A DNA stretch of 64,000 nt from an uncultured Gemmatimonadaceae bacterium (GTDB lineage Bacteria > Gemmatimonadota > Gemmatimonadetes > Gemmatimonadales > Gemmatimonadaceae). The position numbers and the translations under genes are program-made. Shown here piece after piece: positions 53,869 through 61,995 of this stretch. The stretch spans positions 352,001 through 416,000 of the forward strand of contig CAVXGK010000001.1 in the NCBI GenBank assembly GCA_963761305.1, in the 5' to 3' direction. The notes under the pieces were generated by a model. That model was not told where the DNA came from. It saw nothing but the letters and a program-made list of their open reading frames with translations, and did no database searches. Every line of letters starts with the position of its first letter. Within the stretch, counting starts at the first letter, position 1.

Positions 53869-53893
53869 GGGCCTTCCGGGATGCGTGAGATCC

Positions 53894-53991
53894 GCCTACC
53901 GCCAAAAGCTAGGCTGCGAACGAAAGCAAAAGAGCGCGTGCGCAGCACGCGCAATCCTCAGATCGTTCGACAGCTTCAACGATCGTCAGGC
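53894..53991 (-). other. attC site with degenerate cores
   Basis: Minus strand: GCCTGAC..TTGAAGCTG...GCAGCCTAGC..GGTAGGC; long imperfect hairpin. Confidence 0.75.
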
Positions 53992-53992
53992 G

Positions 53993-54526
53993 TCACGGGT
54001 GACGGGACCCCGACATGCCATCGCCAACCCGCTCAAACTCCACCGTCCACTCCGACACGCCTGCGGGGAGGTCGAGCGGCCGCAGCACGAGCCGGTTGCC
54101 AGTTACGGTTGCGAGCCGCGTCCGGCTGGTGCCTATCACCGCAGGCTCGCGATCAGCCTCAATGTGATGGATCACGTATTGTTTCTCTTCATTCGTCTCG
54201 TAGGCGCCACAGTAAGCGACGAGGCCTTCGAAGGCCGAACGGAGTTCGACATCGGTGGGAGAGTTCGGTGCCTTCCACGCTGGTCGGTCGGGATTTGCGA
54301 GGACGACGCACATGTGCCCCGTTGCATCGTACATGATGTAGCCCAAGCCGCGTGCGCCAGGTTGTGGGTCCGGCCGCACGGAACCGTCCGTCAACCGCTG
54401 ACGGGCGGCGACAAGCCGCCATGTACCGACGAGCATTTGGCGCAGCGTCTGCGGGGCTTGCCCACTGAGGCAGGCATCTGGAGTGCACGCGGCAAGTACG
54501 GCCATCACGATGAGCGTGCGTTTCAT
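53993..54526 (-). CDS. Cassette lipocalin-like domain protein
   Basis: LVGTWRLV, GYIMYD..G.M, AYCGAY, VIHH. Confidence 0.8.
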   Translation of the reverse strand: MKRTLIVMAVLAACTPDACLSGQAPQTLRQMLVGTWRLVAARQRLTDGSVRPDPQPGARGLGYIMYDATGHMCVVLANPDRPAWKAPNSPTDVELRSAFEGLVAYCGAYETNEEKQYVIHHIEADREPAVIGTSRTRLATVTGNRLVLRPLDLPAGVSEWTVEFERVGDGMSGSRHP

Positions 54527-54549
54527 GTCGATTTCCACTGTGTGCGTAC

Positions 54550-54658
54550 GCCTAACGAGGCTGTAGAAAAACGCCAAAGTTGAGCTGCCGGCGAGTTCAC
54601 AAAAGCGAGCGAAGCGCGCCTACCTTAAATCGCCCGACAGCTTCACCGTCCGTTGGCT
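54550..54658 (-). other. attC site with a short insertion next to the R' core
   Basis: Minus strand: AGCCAAC..GTGAAGCTG...GCAGCTCAAC..GTTAGGC. Confidence 0.75.
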
Positions 54659-54769
54659 GGCGCATCGGGATTTGTAACGCCACATCCTAGCACACGGACA
54701 ATGCGTCGCCGCCCGTATCTGGGAGCCGCTCTGGCCGCGAGGAGCGATCCGACGCGTGCAACCTTGTCC

Positions 54770-55237
54770 TTAGCGCCGCCGTCGGGACACGAATCTCCAA
54801 ATGATGAAGATGATCACCAGGATTAGAATGATCACAGGAATTCGATCGCCAATCATTATCGCTCTCCGGGTCGTTGCCGGCGACTCTTGATCTTGCCACG
54901 GCGCCGGCGGAAGGAAGTTCACAAAGAAGAGGAACTCGGCGCCCTCTTTTAGGAAGCGGTCAGTGATCGCCTCGTATTCAACGCGAGTGAACGGCGTTGC
55001 GCCCCATCCGTCGCGATAGAGCACGACGACAAGCCGAGAGCGAGAACGGAATACGGCTCGAAACGACTCCGTCCCATCTGTGCCGGCGAGGTCCTTCTGC
55101 TCCCTCGTGTAGAGAAAGACGCGAAGCCCGTCGATCAGTCGCTGATGGAGCTCGGTGGCAATACCCAAATCCTGATGCACAAACGACATCGCGACATCGA
55201 AGTTAAATTCTGCCAAAAGCGGAAGTCCGGTTGCCAT
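54770..55237 (-). CDS. TIR-domain cassette protein, apparently truncated or chimeric
   Basis: FDVAMSF, RVFLY, LVVVLY..GWG.TPFTRVEYEAI; ATG lies inside the attC core GTTAGATG. Confidence 0.72.
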   Translation of the reverse strand: MATGLPLLAEFNFDVAMSFVHQDLGIATELHQRLIDGLRVFLYTREQKDLAGTDGTESFRAVFRSRSRLVVVLYRDGWGATPFTRVEYEAITDRFLKEGAEFLFFVNFLPPAPWQDQESPATTRRAIMIGDRIPVIILILVIIFIIWRFVSRRRR

Positions 55238-55330
55238 CTAACGCGTTAGCTAGCTGCAAAGGAACATATAAACGTGCGCGCGGAGCGCCACAATCAACAG
55301 CTCCTTTGTCAGCTTCAGCGTTCGTTAGGT
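55236..55330 (-). other. attC site
   Basis: Minus strand: ACCTAAC-GAACGCTGAAGCTGAC...TGCAGCTAGCTAACGC-GTTAGAT; same family as 61518 and 62698. Confidence 0.9.
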
Positions 55331-55357
55331 TGCCGGCGTCGGAAAGGTCGACGGCAA

Positions 55358-55765
55358 TCACTCAACCTCAACGAAAGCTGAAGATGAGGGTGAAGGAGCC
55401 GGGCGCGCGATCCGCAGTGAGACGAGCGCGCACGCGATCGCGAAAAGCGCGAAGACAAACGCGGCTCCGTAGCCCGGTTCGGCTCGAGCGCCGAGGACGA
55501 ATCCCGCGATACTGGCTAAGGCAGTACTTGCCGCGGTCGTTAGTCGACCAGCCGACCTCAAACGGCCGATTAGGAGCAGCGCGAGGCCGAACGCGAGGCC
55601 GACCAAAGAGCCTTCGATTGCGCACACGACGCCTAGCACGAGCATGATGGCGACCGGCGTATGACCCATCGCGACGAACCGCGCGCCGAGCAGAGCGCCG
55701 AGGGCAAACCACGGAACGGCCCACAGCAGAGCGATCGTGAGCACGGATCGAAGTCGGCGGAGCAT
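55358..55765 (-). CDS. First left-array cassette: membrane protein
   Basis: Four hydrophobic segments; bounded by the attI-like core and an attC. Confidence 0.75.
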   Translation of the reverse strand: MLRRLRSVLTIALLWAVPWFALGALLGARFVAMGHTPVAIMLVLGVVCAIEGSLVGLAFGLALLLIGRLRSAGRLTTAASTALASIAGFVLGARAEPGYGAAFVFALFAIACALVSLRIARPAPSPSSSAFVEVE

Positions 55766-55788
55766 TCAGACGTCTTTGCGATGCAGGT

Positions 55789-55996
55789 GGCAACCTAACT
55801 GTGTTTATACAGGGAGTTTACCCTGCGAACAATCATGCTACGCTGCGAAGCCACCGCCAGATAATCTTCGGCGGCCGGTCGACACCGTGCCGCACATCGT
55901 CGCCGGACAACCACTTGCAGACAACGCTCGAAACGACATGAGAGCGTTATACTGCGAAACTCTTGCAGTATAACGCGCACCGACGCCGTTTGCGCC
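55789..55996 (-). other. attI-like element heading the left cassette array
   Basis: Minus strand: CCCTGTATAAACACA-G/TTAGGT core; repeated GTTATRCTGCGAA-like boxes; palindrome 55944-55976. Confidence 0.8.
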
Positions 55997-56046
55997 GGGA
56001 GGACGGCGCACGTCCCGGGCCAACGATCGCCTCCTTCGCGCGGCCG

Positions 56047-56622
56047 TCATTTGCGAACGGCCGCCCTTCTCCGCCTCGGCGCCTCGATCCCCTTCCGCTC
56101 CAACACTGACCGAAACGTCCGCTGCGCCCGAAGGACGTTCGCCCTCACCGCCGCCGTCGTCACTCCGAGCCGCGCCGCGGCACTCTCGTAAGACAGATTC
56201 TCAGTTCGCACCAAGTCGAACGACGCCCGGCATGCCGGCGGTAGCTGCCCCAGCGCCTCGTCGCGGGCCGACTCCAGCTCCGTGGCGTCGAAGCTCGCTT
56301 CGGGATCCATCCACCCGTGCACGCTGCTCTCGAGATCGCGCAAATACTCGCGGTCGCGCTCCATCGAGCGCCGCCGCTGGCGCTTGAGTACCGCAATGCG
56401 CCGCCGCACCAGGCAACAGATGTGCGCGTCGAGCGTGCGATCCCCGATGTCCCATCGCTGCTCTCGCAGCTTCCCTAGACACCACAGCACGACGTCCTGG
56501 GCGGCATCCTCGGCGTCGCACCGCGGCTTGAGCAGTCGCGCCGCGTGCCGGTGCGCGAGAACGTGAATCTCGAGCGCCAACGCGTTCTGTCCCGCTTCCG
56601 TTCCTAGATCGATCCCTTCCAT
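56047..56622 (-). CDS. Sigma-70/ECF-like RNA polymerase sigma factor
   Basis: DAEDAAQDV (region 2); LGQLPPACRASF...LSYESAAARLGVT..AVRANV.RA (region 4). Confidence 0.85.
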   Translation of the reverse strand: MEGIDLGTEAGQNALALEIHVLAHRHAARLLKPRCDAEDAAQDVVLWCLGKLREQRWDIGDRTLDAHICCLVRRRIAVLKRQRRRSMERDREYLRDLESSVHGWMDPEASFDATELESARDEALGQLPPACRASFDLVRTENLSYESAAARLGVTTAAVRANVLRAQRTFRSVLERKGIEAPRRRRAAVRK

Positions 56623-56792
56623 CGCCAGCCCCCCGGTTTGAAGTCCGTTGCGGAGCGCGACGCCGGCGGCGAACCAAAACATCGCGAGGCGTGCCCTCCT
56701 ACTTGGGTCTTATCCGCCGAGGGTGTTTTAGCTATATGGAAAGAATTTTGACAGTTCTCTTAACTCGTCCTAAACGCGGTTAAGCGTTTTGC

Positions 56793-56842
56793 ATTGTCAG
56801 CACGTTGTCAGCACCAGATCGTGCTGACCGTAAGCTGACAAT
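56793..56842. promoter_or_regulatory. Nested palindrome of four TGTCAGC-like half-sites
   Basis: ATTGTCAGC-ACG-TTGTCAGCAC-cagatc-GTGCTGACCG-TAA-GCTGACAAT. Confidence 0.6.
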
Positions 56843-57502
56843 CTCGGGCTATTTTGGACGGTTGCGATATAGTCAAAATGGGGTCCGCGGATATAACACT
56901 AGTAGAGGGCCTCGTCTCGCAGGTTTGTTCGGCGGCCTCTCTGGATCCGACGGCCATCAGACCCTTCCACGCATTTCAGGGCTGCCGGCTCCGCGCGCTC
57001 GGATGCGGTTAGTGAACGCGCCGGACGTGCAGGTGAATTCGCCGCACCTGTAAGTGATCGCGGAGAATCGTTGCCGGCATCTGCGCGCAACGGTTTAGCC
57101 GAGCGCCGCATTTGCTCGGTCGAGCGACGATGCGCTTCGCAGTTCACACATAGTAGACCCGGTCGCCACGAGTGCCAGTGCGGCGGTTTGCCGAACCGTC
57201 GTCACGTCCAGGCGACGGGATCGTGCGGCCAGTCGATTCGCGCGCACGCTCGAAACTTCCGCCAAGTGATCGGGAAAGTCCGCGCACAACCGCCGACTTG
57301 ACCGGTACCCGCGGCCAGCTCGCCTGCAATCACGGCGACCACACGCATCGACGCTGTCGGCGAATCACTCGCGTCGATCAACCCATCACCCTCACCACGG
57401 AGGTCATTCCCACGCCCATCCACGCAGTTCCCTCCTCGCTCGGCGCGGCGCCGCCGGCGAACGAGACACTCGACGCGCCAACTCTCTCACACAGGAGACG
57501 CT

Positions 57503-58279
57503 TTGCAAACCAAGCAGGGAAAAATGTTGGAGTCGCTCCGTTCCGTCGAGCAATTCCTCGACGCCAACGCCGACAAGCTCGCCACCGTCGTGAACACCGG
57601 TGCTCGGCAACGCCTCACCGCCGCCATCGCCGCGCTGTCCACCCACGTCAGCGAGCAGACTGGCAGCAACCTCGCGGCGCAGGGCGCCACGCAGAAAAAG
57701 GAGGCACTCCGCCAATCGTTGCTGCGCGATCACATGGCACCGATCGCCCGCATCGCCGCGGCGGACATCCCCAATCTGCCGGAGCTCTCGCCACTCAGAA
57801 TGCCGCGCGGCAAGCCCACTGCCGAGAAGCTCGCCGGCTTCGCGTACGGCATGGGGGCCGCGGCCACGCCGTTCACCGACACGTTCACTACCGCCGGCTT
57901 GCCGGCCGACTTCATCGCGCAGTTGAACGCCGCCGCCGACGCCGTCGTCGGTGTCGTCGCCAACCGCACGAACAGTCGCGGTAAACGCCGAGGTGCCACG
58001 GATGGGCTCAAGGCGAAGCTCACCGAGGGACGCAAGGTCGTGCACATCTTGGACGCGCTCGTCAGAAGTGCGCTCAAGGACGACCCCGCGCTGCTCGGGA
58101 ACTGGAACCTCGTCAAGCGCGTCACGAAGACCGCGCCGAACCGAGTGGCGAGCCCGCCCGCGGCAACCCCGTCGCCGGCGCCTCCGCCAGCACCGGCGAC
58201 AACCCCGTCTCCGGCACCGACGCCAGCGCCAGCGCCGGCTCTTCCGACCATAGAAACGCTGACACCGGCGGTCGGATGA
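57503..58279 (+). CDS. Hypothetical helical protein with Pro/Ala-rich tail
   Basis: RBS AGGAG then TTG; no signal peptide; PA/PT repeats at the C-terminus. Confidence 0.8.
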   Translation: MQTKQGKMLESLRSVEQFLDANADKLATVVNTGARQRLTAAIAALSTHVSEQTGSNLAAQGATQKKEALRQSLLRDHMAPIARIAAADIPNLPELSPLRMPRGKPTAEKLAGFAYGMGAAATPFTDTFTTAGLPADFIAQLNAAADAVVGVVANRTNSRGKRRGATDGLKAKLTEGRKVVHILDALVRSALKDDPALLGNWNLVKRVTKTAPNRVASPPAATPSPAPPPAPATTPSPAPTPAPAPALPTIETLTPAVG

Positions 58280-58527
58280 GACAGCGCGCTCGCGTTGGTC
58301 CCATCGACGGCTGTCCGCCGCTTCGACGGTTCGGCCCGAACGTCTGGGTCGTGCGTTTCGGCCGGCGCTTCTCGGTGACGGAGGAAGGAACGCGCATTCA
58401 CCTCGTTCCGCCCATTCCGCAGCGCGCCGCGATAGTGCTCGCGCGGGCCCTCGCGCGCGCCAACCGTGGCGACCTGATCGTGCAAAGTCGCCACGGCTGC
58501 ATCCGATTCCGCAGCAGCGAGGGCTGA
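58276..58527 (+). CDS. Small hypothetical protein
   Basis: ATGA overlap with the upstream gene. Confidence 0.5.
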   Translation: MRQRARVGPIDGCPPLRRFGPNVWVVRFGRRFSVTEEGTRIHLVPPIPQRAAIVLARALARANRGDLIVQSRHGCIRFRSSEG

Positions 58528-58530
58528 ACG

Positions 58531-58809
58531 ATGCGAACCATCGTTCTCCCCAGCGCCGCCTGGCTCGGCGTGCTCCAGGCATTTGTGCCACCCGGCACGT
58601 ACGGCCTTGGCTTCGAGACGATCTCTCGTCTCGTCGCCATCGCCAGCGTGTTCGGCACGCTCACGGTGATGATCTACCGACTCGGCGTGTGGCACCAGGA
58701 GATGGCGAACACCAAGAACAGCGTGGGCTCGGGCATCGAGCGCATCGAGCGTCGTCTCGAGGCGATCGAGCGGCGGCTGCATTGGCTCGAGACGGAGGAA
58801 GTGCCATGA
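58531..58809 (+). CDS. Small TM plus coiled-coil protein (holin/XhlA-like)
   Basis: TM LVAIASVFGTLTVMIY followed by heptads IERIERRLEAIERRL. Confidence 0.6.
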   Translation: MRTIVLPSAAWLGVLQAFVPPGTYGLGFETISRLVAIASVFGTLTVMIYRLGVWHQEMANTKNSVGSGIERIERRLEAIERRLHWLETEEVP

Positions 58810-59246
58810 CTGCGGGTGGACAGGTGGACGGGACCGCGGGTGGACCGGTAGACCGGTGGACCGGTGGACCGGTACTGCAAACGGCGAAACGGATCTCGTT
58901 CGTCGTCCTCACACCGTTGCTCGAGAAGAATGTCATCAAGACGTTGTCGCTCGACGTCCCCGTTGTGTTCTCGATGAGCCGAGTGATCGTGTTGGCGTTC
59001 GCGATCGGAGAGTTGCGGCAGATCTGGCTGGCCGGGATTGCCGGCTGGCCGGAGGCGACGCTGTCGATTGCGATCGTGCTCGCGCTGCCGCTCTTGGGCG
59101 CATTGGAACGTGTCCGTCCCACCGACGTGGTCGAGCTCGCGAAGACGCTCATCACGCGATTCGGTGAGGGCGGCGTGCGCCCCATGCGCAGCGTGTACGA
59201 GCCGGCGGAGCCGTCCAAGTTCGACGATCACCGCAACGACGGATGA
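58806..59246 (+). CDS. Holin-like membrane protein
   Basis: ATGA-coupled on both sides; 2-3 TM helices and a charged C-terminus; directly before the amidase. Confidence 0.55.
   Translation: MTAGGQVDGTAGGPVDRWTGGPVLQTAKRISFVVLTPLLEKNVIKTLSLDVPVVFSMSRVIVLAFAIGELRQIWLAGIAGWPEATLSIAIVLALPLLGALERVRPTDVVELAKTLITRFGEGGVRPMRSVYEPAEPSKFDDHRNDG
58817..58874 (+). repeat. 8-bp tandem repeat (GGTGGACC)n
   Basis: Reverse complement of the CGGTCCAC-type repeats at 953 and 43253. Confidence 0.8.
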
Positions 59247-59812
59247 ACATTCCCGGGATCCCGGTCTCGGACCGTCGTCACTCGCACGTCTTGCAGTCCC
59301 CACTCGCCGTCCCTCGCGCGGGGCTCATGCTCCACTACGACGATTCGTCGCGCGATGACTGGGCGGTCGAGTGGTTTCATGATCCACGGTGCACGAACGG
59401 ATACACCTGGCTGGTGCTCGATGACGGACGCGTCGTCGAGCTGGCCGACCCGGCGTTCCGGACGCCCCATGCGGGACCGTGTCGCACGCCGAACGCGAAC
59501 TCCGCGTTCTACGGCGTCGCCGCGGCGACGAATGGACTCGTGCCCGTGACCAAGCCGCAGCTTGCCGTGATCACGGCGATCTGCGTCGCAGTGCTCAAGT
59601 ATCACGACTGTTTCGGCGATGACTCCGACGGCGCGCTTGATCACCGCCTCGTCGGGCACGACGAACAGGCCATCTGGACGCGAGCCTACACCCCGGACCG
59701 AGCTCTCTGGGGACGCCTCGGCCGCAAGGTCGATCCGCGTGGGCAGCGCCGCGATGGCGAACCGATCCTCGACCTGTCCGCGCTCCGTGCACGGGTGCGC
59801 GAGGCGTTGTGA
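59243..59812 (+). CDS. N-acetylmuramoyl-L-alanine amidase (Amidase_2-like endolysin)
   Basis: LMLHYD, Y.WLV..DG.V.EL, HAG, NS, LVGH, KVDP; no signal peptide. Confidence 0.8.
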   Translation: MNIPGIPVSDRRHSHVLQSPLAVPRAGLMLHYDDSSRDDWAVEWFHDPRCTNGYTWLVLDDGRVVELADPAFRTPHAGPCRTPNANSAFYGVAAATNGLVPVTKPQLAVITAICVAVLKYHDCFGDDSDGALDHRLVGHDEQAIWTRAYTPDRALWGRLGRKVDPRGQRRDGEPILDLSALRARVREAL

Positions 59813-59912
59813 TCGGCGCAGCAACCAGAAGCAACCACAACTGAAGGGCCAGCAGGTACAGACGGTTTCAGGCAGTCAACCCATCACACACATATATAAG
59901 GAAGGGGAGGCA

Positions 59913-59981
59913 ATGATCGATTTGTTCAGCGGTTTCGTCTCGTGCGCGCTCGTGCTCGCCGGTCTCATGAGCTGGGTGTGA
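59913..59981 (+). CDS. 22-aa hydrophobic peptide
   Basis: Strong RBS GGGGAGG; MIDLFSGFVSCALVLAGLMSWV; GTGA overlap with the next gene. Confidence 0.5.
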   Translation: MIDLFSGFVSCALVLAGLMSWV

Positions 59982-60766
59982 TCGCGACTCGGAAACGAGG
60001 CATGGGGAGGGGCGCAATCGCGCCCCTCCCCATGCTGGTCGGCGCGCTCGTCGCCGCTCTCATTTTGACCGTGAAGGTCGAAGAGACGCGACTCGCAGCG
60101 CAACGCCGCCGCGCCGCGGCGGCCATTCTCACCGCATCGAACCGCAGCGCCGAGCGTGACACGACGCGCGACGTCGCGCGGACGAACGCGCAGGTAGCAA
60201 AGCTCCTCGGCGATTCCCTGCACTTGGTCGAGAAGCAAGTGGTGCAGACGACGCAGACGCGCGACGCGCTCGACCGCGCGTTGGGTCGCGAGCGCGCGGC
60301 GCATTATGCGGCGACCGCGGTCGTCGATTCGCTCGAGCGCCTCGTCGCGGCGACGGACTCCGTGTCGCGCAATGCGCGAGACGTGCGGGCGGCGAACTTC
60401 AATGTGCGGCAGGCGCCGTACACGATCGTGGCCGAGGTGGAGGTGCCGCCTCCGCCGGATTCGGCTCGGCTGCGCGTGAAGGTAGCGGTCGATCCGATTC
60501 CGATCGAGGCGCGGGTCACGTGTGCGGACGTGGGGAGTGGAGCGCGCGAAGCGAACGTGTCGGTGGAGACGCCGGCGTGGGTGCGCGTAAAACTCGGGAC
60601 GGTCGCGCAGGCGCCTGAGGTTTGTGCGCGGTCGCCGACTCAGAGTGACGCGAGGCGCTTGCCGTGGCTCGCGACTCGGCGGCTGGTGCTCGGCGTCGGA
60701 CGAGCGTGGGGTGTGGATCGGCGCGGGAGGTGGGCGATATTCGTCGGAGCGGGAGTCGCCCTCTAG
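59978..60766 (+). CDS. Spanin-like protein (N-terminal TM, coiled coil, C-terminal Gly-rich beta hairpin)
   Basis: TM MLVGALVAALILTV; ends LVLGVGRAWG...WAIFVGAGVAL; in-frame starts at 59978, 60002 and 60032. Confidence 0.55.
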   Translation: MIATRKRGMGRGAIAPLPMLVGALVAALILTVKVEETRLAAQRRRAAAAILTASNRSAERDTTRDVARTNAQVAKLLGDSLHLVEKQVVQTTQTRDALDRALGRERAAHYAATAVVDSLERLVAATDSVSRNARDVRAANFNVRQAPYTIVAEVEVPPPPDSARLRVKVAVDPIPIEARVTCADVGSGAREANVSVETPAWVRVKLGTVAQAPEVCARSPTQSDARRLPWLATRRLVLGVGRAWGVDRRGRWAIFVGAGVAL

Positions 60767-60789
60767 CCTGGTCTCTCACGGAGGCTCGG

Positions 60790-60984
60790 GCGCCAAACAG
60801 CGCCAACTCGCGCGTTATACTGCGAGATTTCGCAGTATAACGCGCGGGGTTCGACGGACCGCCCTCGTAAGTGATTGTCAGTGCGAGACGTGTCCGCGGC
60901 GCTTGCCCGGCATCGGAATATTATCCAACATTCTTTGCTCATTTTCGCAGCATAACGTCCCCGTATAATTGGCGTTAGCCGGCC
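60790..60984 (+). other. attI-like element heading the right cassette array
   Basis: CCCCGTATAATTGGC-G/TTAGCC core at 60974; palindrome with perfect 17-bp arms at 60809-60846; inverted homologue of 55789-55996. Confidence 0.8.
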
Positions 60985-61005
60985 ATCACGCATCACTCAA
61001 TCGTC

Positions 61006-61533
61006 ATGAACCGCAATCAGGCACTGCTGCGCCACTTTCTTGCCGCGATTGCATATCGAACCGCGAAGGCGTTGCGCGACGCACCGGCCGCCTACGCGGC
61101 GTTTCAGCCGGGTAATGAGGTACGCGCGCCACGCCAATTGGTTCGCCACATGAGCGGTGTGCTGAACTACGCGGTCGGGCTCCTGAGTGAGCCGCGTGAC
61201 GTACTAACCGACTGCGCGACGTACGCGGCCGAGGTTGAGCGCCTTTTCGCCACGCTCCGCGAACTCGCGGATATGATTCGGCGCACGCCGAACCTCCCGG
61301 ACGTGATTGCCGAGCAGCTCCTTCAGGGCCCGCTCGCCGATGCGATGGCGCACGCAGGACAACTGGCACTCCTACGGCGATTAAGCGGCAGCCCCATCCC
61401 GCCGGAGAACTTCTTCGTCGCGGCGATTCATCCCGATCGCCTTGGCCTTGACCAGGTGGAGGCGCGTAGTCCCGATGCGCAATGGCCGGAAGCGCCAGAT
61501 GGTTGGTCGGACCGGCCGGCTAACGAACGCTGA
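61006..61533 (+). CDS. First right-array cassette: DinB-like protein
   Basis: LRHFLAAIAYR, LVRHM, GPLADAMAHAGQL..LRRL; stop inside the attC. Confidence 0.8.
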   Translation: MNRNQALLRHFLAAIAYRTAKALRDAPAAYAAFQPGNEVRAPRQLVRHMSGVLNYAVGLLSEPRDVLTDCATYAAEVERLFATLRELADMIRRTPNLPDVIAEQLLQGPLADAMAHAGQLALLRRLSGSPIPPENFFVAAIHPDRLGLDQVEARSPDAQWPEAPDGWSDRPANER

Positions 61534-61615
61534 AGCCGACAAAGGGGCTATTGAATACGCTCGCTGCGCGAGCGTTCTTATATGATCCCTTTGCAGCTTA
61601 GCTATGGCGTTAGCT
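61518..61615 (+). other. attC site
   Basis: GGCTAAC-GAACGCTGAAGCCGAC...TGCAGCTTAGCTATGGC-GTTAGCT. Confidence 0.92.
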
Positions 61616-61630
61616 GGACGTCCGACATCC

Positions 61631-61981
61631 ATGACAAATCAGATCGGCCTCAGCGTCTTGCTGATACTGGCTAGCGTGGCCGCGCCCCTTGCGGCGCAAT
61701 CAGCGCCGACGGACAGGCGTGCCGCATCGCATCCGTCTGCTCGCTGTTTTCGCCTGGATTTCAGCCACGACTCTAGCACCGCCCTCCTTCCCGACAGGCT
61801 TCAGTGGACGGCCTCAGACTCGATCGCTCGGCTGGCCTGGGATACGACATCGGCCGACGCGCGAGAGCTCAGCCGACAGACTCGAGGTCGAGCACGATGG
61901 CGTCGAACCGGCAAAGACTCCGTCCCGTCGAGATCACGAATGAATCGCTTGGTATCTTTCCTTCTTGGCCCTGCAGCTTAG
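61631..61981 (+). pseudogene. Cassette secreted protein, 3'-truncated
   Basis: Signal peptide (LAA-Q); runs into a half attC. Confidence 0.6.
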
Positions 61982-61995
61982 CTAACGCGTTAGAT
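61971..61995 (+). other. attC right half only
   Basis: CTGCAGCTTAGCTAACGCGTTAGAT with no matching left arm. Confidence 0.8.

Noticed and set aside
56047..60766. Intact prophage
   Set aside because: No structural, packaging or replication genes are visible.
56000..60790. Integron integrase or tyrosine recombinase between the arrays
   Set aside because: No ORF in the track shows the R...HxxR...Y motifs; a very short remnant cannot be excluded.
60809..60846. dif/Xer or loxP-type crossover site
   Set aside because: The spacer is only 4-5 bp and differs between copies; the cassette junctions map to separate G/TT cores 130-150 bp away.
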